64,000 bases of DNA from Planctomycetota bacterium (GCA_003696625.1 RFGR01000151.1:929-64928); one strand, 5' to 3'; positions 7,155 through 15,636 are shown, numbered from the stretch's first letter. Notes: generated from the letters alone by a model not told the origin. Program-made: numbers and translations.

Positions 7155-10145
7155 TCAGGGACCGAGCTGGATCGGCGGCCAGATCCGCCGGCCGGAGGCG
7201 TCCTGGATCTCGAGCTGGACCGGCCCCGGCGGGACGTCCTCGAGCAGGAACTCGCCGGCGAAGAGGCGTCGACGGGAGGAGCGCCAGGCGAAGCCGCCGG
7301 GATCGTCGGTGCTGTAGACGAGACGAAACCCCTCCGGAAGCTGGAGGCCGGGCGGCACCGGAACCCGACAGCGGGCGCGGGCGGGCCGGGCATGGATCGG
7401 CGCGGCCTCGGCCAGGTCGAGAGGACCGGTCCAGGTGACCCAGCCGGCCGCGGCCAGGACGAGGCGGAGATCCGGTCGGTCCGGAACGTCCAGGAAGACG
7501 ATCCGGTCGACCTCGGACGGCCTCGTCCACGCCCGGCGAAGGAGCCGGCCGTCGGCGGCGAGGAGCAGGCCCTCGACCGGGCGGTCGGGGGTCGGCTCGC
7601 CGTTCGCGCCGGCGACCTCGACCGTGACGATCCGCCTCGGCGGCAGGTCCACGCGCACCTCGACCGCTTCCGCCGGGCAGGGCTGGCGGTGGATCGGGAC
7701 GCCGGCGGCATCGAGGACCCGAAGCTCGAGGGGCCCCTCCATCAAGTCGCCGAGGAGGAAGCGGCCGTCGGCTTCGATCGGTTCGGTGGCGAGACACTCG
7801 AGCCCGGCCGCCACGGTGCCGGCCGGTGCCCAGGCCTCGATCAGGTAGCGGCCGCGGACCGGGGGCCGCCCGTCGGGTTCGAGGACCTGGCCGGAGATCG
7901 AACGGTCGCCGAATCCGGTCGCGATCTCCAGGGAGAAGAGCCCCGCGGCCGGCGCGGTCCATTCCTGTTCGGTGACCGGTTCCGGCCGGATCGGGTCCTG
8001 GACCGAGTGCGGCGGGACGATCCGGAGCCGGAACCGGGAGCCGCCGGGCAGGGCGAGGGAGACCCGTCCGTCGGCGCCCGAAGTGCCGTGCAGGGCAGGC
8101 GGCCCCCACATCGTCCGGGCCTGAGCGAGGTCGTCCAGCGGCGGGGCGTCCACCACGATCGCGTGGACCTCGGCTCCCGCGAGCGGGTCGCCGCGTGCGT
8201 CCCGCAGGCCGACCTCGAGAGTGGCCGTCGGCGGCGGGGCGGTGTTCCAGATCGCCGGTCGACCGGCAGGAAGAGCGGCGAGCCGGAAGGGCAAGCGGCT
8301 TGCATCCGGATCCTGGTCCCGGCACAGCGTCGCCGTCAGGTCGCCCGGCCCCTCGTGCGGCAGCGGCAGATCGTAGATTCCGTCGGCGTCGGCGGAGAGT
8401 TCGAGGACGGGCGTCGGCCGCGTCTCCTCCGTGGGCTGGATCCCGCCGACGGCCGGGCGGTGGACCGGAAGGTGGAGTCGGAGGAAGGCCCGACTGCCGG
8501 GAGGATGCGGTGTGGAACCCTCCAGGCCTTGGATGAGCTGGACGTCCGCGAGGGCAAGCGGCACTCGCACCGGCGAACCGCTCGCGGTGGTCAGGTCGAG
8601 AAGGAGGGGGAACCGGCCAGGAGCCTGGATCAGGAGGAGGGGACGGTGGCTCGGATCGGGATTCGGGCAGTCCACGGCGCCGTTCGCTCCGACCGGAAGA
8701 TCGACCTGCCGCTCCTTCGGCCCGAGCCAGGTGACCGAGGCCGAGGGGAGCGGGGTCGAGCCGCCGGCCTCGACCAGCTCGAGCCGGAACCGGTCCGGGC
8801 CCGGCAGCACCGGGATCGAGGCGAAGAGGGGCGCCGTCGGGTCGAGGATCAGCCGGGGCTGCTCCTGGTTGGGCGGCTGTGGGATCCCGTGCAGGTCGGC
8901 GTCGAACACCTGGGGGAACCAGGGGGAGTCGGAGGGGAGCCAGATCGCCCCTCGCCCGGTGCGGTCGAGCGGCGCCGCGGCCCTGCGTTCGGAGGCTTCG
9001 AAGAACACCACCCAGCCGCCGGCGGCCGCCGGGGCGCCGGTCGGATCCAGGACCTGGAAGTCGAGCCGCGCGTCGCCGTGCCGGAACCGGAGATCGACCG
9101 CGGTGCCGGGAGTCTGCTCGCCGAGGTCGACCTGGAGGCCGCAGCCCCCGGGGGCGACCGCGTAGAGCTGGGTCTCGGCGGGGGGCCAGTGCCGAGGCAG
9201 CGTGATCGAGTAGCTCCCGCCCGAGGAGGCGGCTTCGATCCAGATCTCCTCGCCGTGGGTCGCCAGGACCGAGGCGTCCGGCACCGGGGCGCCGGCCTCG
9301 TCCAGGATCCGTCCGCTCCATCGCCACGGGTCCTCGCTCCGGCTGGAGCGAGGCGCGGCGGCGAAGGGCGCCTCGAGGAGCGCCCGGCCCTCCGGAGCGG
9401 CCGCGGACGCCGTGGGCTCCGGGGCGGGCGCGGCGGCGTCGATCGCCGCGGCCTCCTCCGGAGCCGGGGCGGGCTGGTCGGCGGCGGGCCGGAGGAGGGT
9501 CCAGGTCATCCCGAGCACCAGGACCGCGGCGGCGATCACCTCCGGCAGGGCCAGGAGCGGCAACGGACGCGGGAGCCGGAGACGGAAGGCGAACGCCAGT
9601 GCCGTCGGGTAGTCCGAACCGAGGTCTTCGTGGAGGAGCCGCCGCAGGCGGGCGAGCGCCCGCAGGATCTGCTTCCGAACCGTGCTGCGAGCGACGCCGA
9701 GGCTGGCGGCGATCGCCTCGAGGGAGCGGCGCTGGATGAACCGCTGGTCGAGGATTTGCTGGTCCTTTCGGGGGAGGCGCTCCATCGCCTCGGCCAGTCG
9801 CCGGATGGTCTCGATCCGCTGGGCCGTGGCGGCCGGGTCGGCCGACCGGGCGCGATCGGTGACCGCGGCTTCAAGCCGGCGGATCCGGCGGCGGGAGGCG
9901 CCCCGCCGGCGGAGCTGGTCGATCGCCAAGCTCACGACCGCCCGATAGAGGTAGGCGCGCGGCCGATCGCCCCGGGCGGGGGGCCTCTCGGCGAAGCGGG
10001 TGATGGCTTCCTGGGCGCAGTCTTCCGCCTCCGCCCAATCCCGGAGGATGGCGTGGGCGAGGCGGCACAATCCGTCGAAGAGGTCCGGAAAGTCCGCGAA
10101 ATCCGGGTGGGAGAAGACCGGGGCGGGCAAGGGCTCGGACGCCAT
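7155..10145 (-). CDS. ECF-type sigma-70 family domain fused to a transmembrane helix and a large CarboxypepD_reg-like repeat ectodomain
   Basis: 996 aa. The N-terminal ~180 aa carry sigma region 2 (DCAQEAITRF...YLYRAVVSLAIDQLRRR) and a region 4 HTH (RSLEAIAASLGVARSTVRKQILRALARLRRLL). A hydrophobic helix follows (LLALPEVIAAAVLVLGMTWTLL), then an Ala/Pro linker. The remaining ~750 aa contain repeated units such as ISGQVLEPDGRPPVRGRYLIEA...DGRFLLGDLMEGPLELRV. The start is uncertain, because a TAGAAT overlaps the annotated ATG. Confidence 0.8.
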   Translation of the reverse strand: MASEPLPAPVFSHPDFADFPDLFDGLCRLAHAILRDWAEAEDCAQEAITRFAERPPARGDRPRAYLYRAVVSLAIDQLRRRGASRRRIRRLEAAVTDRARSADPAATAQRIETIRRLAEAMERLPRKDQQILDQRFIQRRSLEAIAASLGVARSTVRKQILRALARLRRLLHEDLGSDYPTALAFAFRLRLPRPLPLLALPEVIAAAVLVLGMTWTLLRPAADQPAPAPEEAAAIDAAAPAPEPTASAAAPEGRALLEAPFAAAPRSSRSEDPWRWSGRILDEAGAPVPDASVLATHGEEIWIEAASSGGSYSITLPRHWPPAETQLYAVAPGGCGLQVDLGEQTPGTAVDLRFRHGDARLDFQVLDPTGAPAAAGGWVVFFEASERRAAAPLDRTGRGAIWLPSDSPWFPQVFDADLHGIPQPPNQEQPRLILDPTAPLFASIPVLPGPDRFRLELVEAGGSTPLPSASVTWLGPKERQVDLPVGANGAVDCPNPDPSHRPLLLIQAPGRFPLLLDLTTASGSPVRVPLALADVQLIQGLEGSTPHPPGSRAFLRLHLPVHRPAVGGIQPTEETRPTPVLELSADADGIYDLPLPHEGPGDLTATLCRDQDPDASRLPFRLAALPAGRPAIWNTAPPPTATLEVGLRDARGDPLAGAEVHAIVVDAPPLDDLAQARTMWGPPALHGTSGADGRVSLALPGGSRFRLRIVPPHSVQDPIRPEPVTEQEWTAPAAGLFSLEIATGFGDRSISGQVLEPDGRPPVRGRYLIEAWAPAGTVAAGLECLATEPIEADGRFLLGDLMEGPLELRVLDAAGVPIHRQPCPAEAVEVRVDLPPRRIVTVEVAGANGEPTPDRPVEGLLLAADGRLLRRAWTRPSEVDRIVFLDVPDRPDLRLVLAAAGWVTWTGPLDLAEAAPIHARPARARCRVPVPPGLQLPEGFRLVYSTDDPGGFAWRSSRRRLFAGEFLLEDVPPGPVQLEIQDASGRRIWPPIQLGP

Positions 10146-10250
10146 TCTAGGGGTGGAAGAGGGAAGCCGGAGACCTCAACGGAAGAGCGATGCCCCGCCG
10201 GGTTCGGGACAGAGATTTTTTCGGAGAACCTCGGTCGTTCCTGAAGAAAC

Positions 10251-10277
10251 CGGCCGCCCGGGAGGACCGGGCGGCCG
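10251..10277 (-). terminator. Rho-independent terminator of the 298-aa secreted-protein gene
   Basis: The minus strand reads CGGCCGCCCGG-tcctc-CCGGGCGGCCG (11-bp stem) followed by GTTTCTTC, about 20 nt after the stop codon. Confidence 0.7.
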
Positions 10278-10298
10278 AAAGCGGGGGGGGCGGGGACC

Positions 10299-11195
10299 TC
10301 AGCCGATGACGTTCGAGATCCCGTTCGTGAAGGTCAGCGAGCCGAGGTCGAAGGCGTGCTGCCAGACCATGATGCCGGTGGTTCCGGCCGGCACCCTCGC
10401 CGTCATGCTGCCGTTGCCGGCGGCGTCACAGGTGATCGCCGGCAATTCGCGGTACGGCGGGCTGAGCAGGAGCTGGCCGTAGGGGGTGTTCACCGGGCCG
10501 CCGCCGAACAGCGAGTAGCCGTGCCGGACGATGCCGTTCGGGGTGCAGTTCGAGACCGAGATCGTGGCGGTCTGCCCGGCGACCAGGTTGGACACCGAGA
10601 GGGTCGGACCGACCACCGTCTGTTCGACGTAGAGCTCCATCAGCACCCAGTTGCCGGCGGAGGTCGAGACGTCGATGTCGACCCGGTCGAAGGTGCCGCC
10701 GCTCATCTGGTAGAACTGCGCCCCGCACTGGGTGAAGGTCGAAGAAGTGTGGGTGTAGATCAGCGAGCCGCCGGAATAGAAGTTCAGGACGGCCGGGCCG
10801 ATCCAGTCGCCCAGCATCATGCCGAACTCGGTGCAGGGGCCGCCGAAGTCGATCGACACCAGCATGGCGTCGAAGGTGGCGAAGCCGGAATTGTCGATGA
10901 TGTAGGGGGTGGAGCCGCCGGTTCCCGGACCGGCCGCGAGCGCGTAGCCGCAGACCTGGGTGTTGTAGACGCCGGGGGCGCTGGTCGTCTTCGGGGACAT
11001 GGTCAGGGCCGCCATCGTGGCGCCGCCGTTGGTGCCGGCAGCGTTCAGCGCGGCGGTGTTGGTCGGACCGAGCGGCAGCAGGTCCATGTCGATGAACGAG
11101 TGCTGGACGGTCATGCCCGGAACCTCGGTCACCACCTGGGCGGTGGCGGGAGCGGCGAGGGCCAGGATCGGCAGAGCGAGGAGGAGGGATGTCAT
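10299..11195 (-). CDS. Secreted hypothetical protein (Thr/Ser/Gly/Asn-rich) with a C-terminal beta-sandwich-like module
   Basis: 298 aa with a clear signal peptide, MTSLLLALPILALAAPATAQ. It is noticeably less GC-rich than its neighbours (two lines I hand-counted gave 60% and 67%). The C-terminal ~100 aa (PTLSVSNLVAGQTATISV...TPYGQLLL...VPAGTTGIMVWQHAF...TNGISNVIG) resemble the C-terminus of the 2245-3909 protein. Confidence 0.7.
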   Translation of the reverse strand: MTSLLLALPILALAAPATAQVVTEVPGMTVQHSFIDMDLLPLGPTNTAALNAAGTNGGATMAALTMSPKTTSAPGVYNTQVCGYALAAGPGTGGSTPYIIDNSGFATFDAMLVSIDFGGPCTEFGMMLGDWIGPAVLNFYSGGSLIYTHTSSTFTQCGAQFYQMSGGTFDRVDIDVSTSAGNWVLMELYVEQTVVGPTLSVSNLVAGQTATISVSNCTPNGIVRHGYSLFGGGPVNTPYGQLLLSPPYRELPAITCDAAGNGSMTARVPAGTTGIMVWQHAFDLGSLTFTNGISNVIG

Positions 11196-11308
11196 CGGAG
11201 AGGTTCTCCAGTCAGGGTTGAAGGGAAGGCCGGGGCGTCGCCGGCGGCCGGAATGTCCGACTCCACTCTAGAACGGAGGCTCCGGATCCGGCAAGATCCG
11301 GGGCGGAG

Positions 11309-11692
11309 ATGATCGAGGTCTTCCCGAATCCGCATCCGGACCGGACCTATCTGGTCGAGTCGGTCGCCCCGGAGTTCACCTGCCTCTGTCCCCGTACGGG
11401 CCAGCCGGATTTCGCCACGATCCGGGTCCGCTACGCCCCGGGAAAATCCTGTTTCGAGTTGAAATCCTTCAAGCTTTTCCTCGGTTCCTTCCGGAACGAG
11501 GGGCACTTTCATGAAGACGTGACGAACCGGATCCTGGCCGAGCTGGTCGCGGCGGTGGACCCGGTCTGGATGGAGGTCCGCGGCGAGTTCCACGTCCGGG
11601 GCGGGATCGCCACCACCGTCACGGTCCGGCACGGGACCCTTCCCGCCGCCCTCGCGGGGGTGGAGCCGGCGGTCTGGCCCGGCCCGTCCTAG
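11309..11692 (+). CDS. queF: NADPH-dependent 7-cyano-7-deazaguanine (preQ0) reductase, type I
   Basis: 127 aa. The blocks EFTCLCPRTGQPDFATIRVRY, ELKSFKLFLGSFRNEGHFHE match the QueF catalytic Cys and QueF motif regions. Confidence 0.9.
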   Translation: MIEVFPNPHPDRTYLVESVAPEFTCLCPRTGQPDFATIRVRYAPGKSCFELKSFKLFLGSFRNEGHFHEDVTNRILAELVAAVDPVWMEVRGEFHVRGGIATTVTVRHGTLPAALAGVEPAVWPGPS

Positions 11693-12333
11693 CGGCGTTC
11701 GGCCAGGACCAGGCGGTGGCCGCTGCCGATCCGGAACAGCATCGGATCGGCCCGCAGCACGAAACCGGCCTCCTCGGCCAGCTCCCGCACCTCCGCCCGG
11801 CGCAGCGTGCTCTTCAGCCGGCGGCGGCTGCCCAGCCGCCGGCGGAGCCGGCGGATGCGGTTTTTCAGGGAGTCGTGGTCGAAGTAGCTGAAGATCGCCC
11901 ACCGGGCCGCCACCCGGAAGACCTCGCGCAGGTGCTGGCGGCGCACCTCCGGTTCGACCAGGTGGTGGTTCAGGCGCATCGAAAAGACCAGATCGACCGA
12001 CCGGTCGGCCAGCGGAATGCGATGGCCGAGGGCGCGCAGGAACCCGGCCGGCGGGTGCTCCTGGAACAACGAGCGCCCGAGTCGGAGCATCTCGCCGCTG
12101 TAGTCCGCCTCGATCACCCGGGCGCCCCGCGCCTGGAGGAAGCGCAGGTACCGGCCCCAGCCGCTCGGCAGGTCGAGGGCGGTGGCGATCGGGCCGGTCC
12201 GGCGCAGGAAGCCCTCGAGCAGGCGGCGCTCGCGCCGATCCGAGAGCTTCCGGTGGAGCTTCTCGTACTCCTCGAGGTACTCGCGGGCGCCCTCGGGAGA
12301 ATCGTATTCGGCCAGACGGCGGGGCAGGGTCAC
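11689..12333 (-). CDS. Class I SAM-dependent methyltransferase
   Basis: I place the start at GTG 12333, which overlaps the upstream stop as GTGA. The product is 214 aa, beginning VTLPRRLAEYDSPEGAREYLEEY. ALDLPSGWGRY is a motif I-like segment. The longer 422-aa track ORF upstream is Arg/Pro junk. Confidence 0.75.
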   Translation of the reverse strand: MTLPRRLAEYDSPEGAREYLEEYEKLHRKLSDRRERRLLEGFLRRTGPIATALDLPSGWGRYLRFLQARGARVIEADYSGEMLRLGRSLFQEHPPAGFLRALGHRIPLADRSVDLVFSMRLNHHLVEPEVRRQHLREVFRVAARWAIFSYFDHDSLKNRIRRLRRRLGSRRRLKSTLRRAEVRELAEEAGFVLRADPMLFRIGSGHRLVLAERR

Positions 12334-13124
12334 GGGCTGAGGGGGATTCGGCGGCCGCCGTTCACGGCCAGCAGGTACCAGGCGACGCGGCGGACCTTGC
12401 GGCCGAGTCGGCCGCGGCGCCGCAGCCGGTCCAGGTCGGGCGCCCGGCCGGCGACGGCGGCGTAGGCTAGCAGGCAGGCCTCGGCCTCGGCCAGGGCGAA
12501 TGGGGAGTCGGCTCCGGCCAGGTCGGCCAGGTCGACGGCGCGGATCCGGTCGGGGACCGGCCCCGGCCAGCGGCAGGCGAACGGGGCGTCCAGCCAGTGG
12601 ATCCGGCCGCCGGCCTCGACCAGGTTCCGGAGCTGCATCCGGAAGTGTCCGAAGCCGACCTCGTGGAGCCGGGCGGCGGCCCGGCCGGCGGCCGCGGCCA
12701 GCCGCAGGCGCTCCTCGGCGTCGGTGGCGGGATCGCGCCAGCGTGCGGCCAGGTCGCCGGTCGCCGCGAGGCCCCCGGTGACCAGGAGCGAGGAGACCAG
12801 CAGCGGGCCGCGCCGCTCCTCCGCCCAGGCCAGGGCCGGCGCGGCCGGCAGGCCGGCCGCGGCCAGGGCGCGGAGGGCGGCGAACTCGCGCCGGGCCCGG
12901 CTGCGGCCCAGCCAGGCGAAGGCGCGCCGGCGGCTCGGCACCCGGTAGAGCTTCCACCAGCGCCGGCCGACCTCGGGGTGGTCCTCGCGCAGGAGGAGGG
13001 TCTCCTCCTCGTCCTTGACGGTCTCGCCGCGGGCGGCGGCCCGGCGCAGGGCCGCGGCGAGGTCGCCGGCGGTCGCGAGTTCCCCGCCGGCGCGTCGAAA
13101 CCGTTCCGGCAGGCCCTCAGGCAC
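12330..13124 (-). CDS. Lipopolysaccharide kinase (Kdo/WaaP/InaA) family-like protein, possibly catalytically degenerate
   Basis: 264 aa. WWKLYRVPSRRRAFAWLGRSRARREFAALRAL and LHEVGFGHFRMQLRNLV...IHWLDAPFA align to the lipid-kinase-like fold. By my eye alignment, HFR replaces the usual HxD catalytic loop. Confidence 0.6.
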   Translation of the reverse strand: MPEGLPERFRRAGGELATAGDLAAALRRAAARGETVKDEEETLLLREDHPEVGRRWWKLYRVPSRRRAFAWLGRSRARREFAALRALAAAGLPAAPALAWAEERRGPLLVSSLLVTGGLAATGDLAARWRDPATDAEERLRLAAAAGRAAARLHEVGFGHFRMQLRNLVEAGGRIHWLDAPFACRWPGPVPDRIRAVDLADLAGADSPFALAEAEACLLAYAAVAGRAPDLDRLRRRGRLGRKVRRVAWYLLAVNGGRRIPLSP

Positions 13125-13437
13125 CGGATGCCGGCCGGTCCCGACCGCTGCGCCGGATCAGGACCAGGTTGCGGGTGTAGATGATGAAGCCGAGGGACTG
13201 GCCGACGATGAACACCGGGTCGGCGATGGCCACGGCGTAGGCGAAGAGCAGCCCGGCGCCGGCCAGGGAGAGCCACCAGAAGGCGACCGGCATCACGCTC
13301 CGTCCGGCCCGTTCGGAGGCGATCCATTGGACGACGAAGCGCATCATGAACACCGCCTGGCCGACCAGGCCGAGGACCACCAGCCAGCTCAGGTTGGCGG
13401 CGAAGCGTTCCCACCAGGCGGCGATGATCTCGCTCAT
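13117..13437 (-). CDS. Lipid-A-disaccharide synthase N-terminal domain (LAB_N) membrane protein
   Basis: Start at ATG 13437 (ATGA overlap with the upstream stop). The 106-aa product reads LVGQAVFMMRFVVQWIASERAGRSVMPVAFWWLSLAGAGLLFAYAV...IIYTRNL, typical of the small membrane protein usually paired with a GT2. Confidence 0.8.
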   Translation of the reverse strand: MSEIIAAWWERFAANLSWLVVLGLVGQAVFMMRFVVQWIASERAGRSVMPVAFWWLSLAGAGLLFAYAVAIADPVFIVGQSLGFIIYTRNLVLIRRSGRDRPASGA

Positions 13438-14183
13438 GCCTCGTCCGCTCCGCCGCCGGTGCGCTCGGCGATCTCGTAGCCGAGGCACCGTCGCTGCATC
13501 CAGCGGACCGCCCGGACGTCGGCCAAACCGACCCAGAGCCGGTTCCAGACCCCGTACTTGGAGACGCCGCGGGTGCGCGGCCGATGGTTCACGGGCACCT
13601 GCTCGATCCGGCGGGCGCCCGCCATCCGGGCCAGAGTGGGCAGGAATCGGTGCATGCCGGTGAACAGCGGCAGGTCGCGTAAGAACCGGGCCCGGAAGAC
13701 CTTGAGCGAGCAGCCGGTGTCGATCGTGTCGTCCCGGGTCCGCCAGCGACGGTAGGCGTTGGCGATCCGTGAGGAGAGGCGCCGGAGCCAGTTGTCGTTC
13801 CGCCGGCTGCGGTAGCCGAGGACCACGTCGGCGTCGCGCTCGGCCTGGACCGCGAGCAGCCGCGGAATGTCGGCCGGGTCGTTCTGGAGGTCGGCGTCCA
13901 GGGTGACGATCAGCTCGCCGCGGGCGGCGCGGAAGCCGGCGGCGAAGGCGGCGGTCTGGCCCCGGTTGGCGGCGAAGCGGAGCCCGACGATGCGGGGGTC
14001 GGCGGCCGCCTCGGCCTGGATCACCGCCCACGAGCCGTCGCGGGAGCCGTCGTCGACCAGGATCGCCTCCCAGGGTCGATCGAGGTCGGCCAGGGCGGCC
14101 CGGATCTCGGCCGCCAGCTCGGGCAGGTTCTCCTCCTCGTCGAAGACGGGCACGACGAGGCTGACGGCGGGGCGCTCGGCCAT
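13434..14183 (-). CDS. Family 2 glycosyltransferase (polyprenyl-phosphate sugar transferase, ArnC/DPM1-like)
   Basis: MAERPAVSLVVPVFDEEENLPEL...ILVDDGSRDGS...TLDADLQNDP...CSLKVFR are the GT2 DxD-type motifs. An alternative ATG four codons upstream (14195) is possible. Confidence 0.85.
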   Translation of the reverse strand: MAERPAVSLVVPVFDEEENLPELAAEIRAALADLDRPWEAILVDDGSRDGSWAVIQAEAAADPRIVGLRFAANRGQTAAFAAGFRAARGELIVTLDADLQNDPADIPRLLAVQAERDADVVLGYRSRRNDNWLRRLSSRIANAYRRWRTRDDTIDTGCSLKVFRARFLRDLPLFTGMHRFLPTLARMAGARRIEQVPVNHRPRTRGVSKYGVWNRLWVGLADVRAVRWMQRRCLGYEIAERTGGGADEA

Positions 14184-14194
14184 GGCGCCGGGCA

Positions 14195-14788
14195 TTGTCC
14201 CGACCGCCCGGCCCCGGTCGCAAGCGGCGACCGGAGGCCTCAAGGACGGCGCCTCCGGCGGCCGAAGAGGGGACAGTGCCTGATTCTCCGTGCGGCCGCC
14301 CGTCCGGTGGAAGCTCCGGTCTCCTCCACCTCGCCCGCCGGGCGGGCGGCCGTTTTCTCCTCCTCTGCCTGCCGCTCCTCCTGGCCACCTACCGGGTGGC
14401 CCCGGTCCAGGGCGCGAGCATGGAGCCGACCCTCCACGACGGGCAGACGGTCTGCTTCCAGGCCCTGCCGGCCGGCCTCGTCCGACCGCGGCGCGGCGAC
14501 CTGGTCGTCTTCCGCTCGCCGGTGGACCCCGCCCACCGCTACGTGAAGCGTTTGGTCGGACTGCCCGGAGACGAGCTGCGATTCGAGGGCGGGAGGCTGC
14601 GGGTGAACGGCCAGCCGCTGCCGCTGCCGCCGGGGGCGGTGCCCGGCGACCTGGTGTTGAGTACGCGGGTCCCTGCGGGCTGTTTCTACGCCCTCGGTGA
14701 TCACGGGGCGGTGAGCTTCGACTCCCGACTCTTCGGTGCCGTGCCCTTCTCGCTCCTGGTCGGCCGCTTGATCTACCCGCTCCCCTGA
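14195..14788 (+). CDS. lepB: Signal peptidase I
   Basis: A TM anchor RFLLLCLPLLLATY is followed by VQGASMEPTL (SMxPT catalytic Ser box), then VVFRSP, YVKRLVGLPGD and GDHGAVSFDSR. The start is uncertain: TTG 14195 in the track, with GTG 14276 (preceded by GAGGGG) as a plausible alternative. Confidence 0.85.
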   Translation: MSRPPGPGRKRRPEASRTAPPAAEEGTVPDSPCGRPSGGSSGLLHLARRAGGRFLLLCLPLLLATYRVAPVQGASMEPTLHDGQTVCFQALPAGLVRPRRGDLVVFRSPVDPAHRYVKRLVGLPGDELRFEGGRLRVNGQPLPLPPGAVPGDLVLSTRVPAGCFYALGDHGAVSFDSRLFGAVPFSLLVGRLIYPLP

Positions 14789-15636
14789 GGAGGGGAGGTC
14801 CGGCGGACCACCGGATTCTCCAGCCGACCGAGGCCGTCGGCCTCCACCGCGAGCAGGTCCCCGGCGGTGATCGGGGCGACCCCGGCCGGCGTGCCGAGGA
14901 AGACCAGGTCCCCCGGGACGAGCGGGCACCAGCGGGAGATCTCGGCCAGGACCTCGGCCGGGGAGCGGAGCAGGTCGGCCAGCGGAGCCTGCTGCCGGAC
15001 CTCGCCCCCGACCAGCCCACGGAGGGTGATGTCGGCCAGCGGGGGCAAGTCCGCCGGTCGGATCCACTCCGGCCCGATCGGCCCGAATCCGGCCAGGTTC
15101 TTGCTGCGCAGCCAAGGCCAACCCCGCTCCTTGTCGGCGGCCTGGAGGGAGCGGGCGGTGAGATCGTTGCCGAGCGTGTAGGCCGCGATCGCTGGTTCGG
15201 CTTCGGCCGGGTCGGCGTCGTCGAGGCGTCGGCCGACCAGGAGGACGACCTCGGCCTCGGGATCCACCCGGCCCTCCAGCCAATCCGGCAGCGGCACCGG
15301 CTCTCCCGGCCCGATCAGGACCTCCGGCAGCTTGGCGAACCAGACCAACTCCGGCGGCACCGGGTTGCCGAGTTCGCGGGCGTGGTCGGCGAAGTTGCGG
15401 CCGACGGCGAGGGCCTTGCCGGGCCGGCCCGGCCGCAACAGCGGCCAGGCCGCCGCCTCGACCTTGGGCGCGGCCGCGAGCAGGGCCGCCCAGGCGGCCG
15501 GGTCGAGCAAGAGGGCCGCGGCCTCGGCCAAGTCGTCGGCCAGGCCGGCGGCGCCGAGATCCAGGAAGGAACCGTCCCGGCGCCAGAGCCAGGTCGGAGC
15601 GCCGTCCGGCCGGCGGGCGCGGCGGAGGGCGCTCAC
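14773..15636 (-). CDS. Fumarylacetoacetate hydrolase (FAH) family protein
   Basis: I place the start at GTG 15636 (GTGA overlap with the upstream stop), giving 287 aa. The blocks GRNFADHARELG, DPEAEVVLLVG, YTLGNDLTARSLQ and PGDLVFLGTPAGV are typical FAH-family blocks. Confidence 0.85.
   Translation of the reverse strand: MSALRRARRPDGAPTWLWRRDGSFLDLGAAGLADDLAEAAALLLDPAAWAALLAAAPKVEAAAWPLLRPGRPGKALAVGRNFADHARELGNPVPPELVWFAKLPEVLIGPGEPVPLPDWLEGRVDPEAEVVLLVGRRLDDADPAEAEPAIAAYTLGNDLTARSLQAADKERGWPWLRSKNLAGFGPIGPEWIRPADLPPLADITLRGLVGGEVRQQAPLADLLRSPAEVLAEISRWCPLVPGDLVFLGTPAGVAPITAGDLLAVEADGLGRLENPVVRRTSPPQGSG

Noticed and set aside
10144-10241. ECF/RpoE-type autoregulatory promoter (GGAAC at 10241-10237, minus strand) for the sigma-fusion gene
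   Set aside because: A GGAAC is present right after the upstream terminator. The sequence 16-19 nt downstream is an A-run (GAAAAAATCTC) with no CGT/GTC-type -10, and the spacing to any TC motif is too long.
6663-11300. Genomic island integrated at tRNA-Met
   Set aside because: The content looks accessory (orphan genes, sigma fusion, lower-GC secreted protein). However, I see no integrase or recombinase, no mobility genes and no direct repeat of the tRNA 3' end near 11200-11300. I therefore do not call a mobile element.
11196-11308. preQ1 riboswitch upstream of queF
   Set aside because: The 113-nt spacer contains TCTAGAAC and a small CCGGATCCGG palindrome. It lacks the short hairpin plus A-rich tail pattern of preQ1-I/II aptamers.
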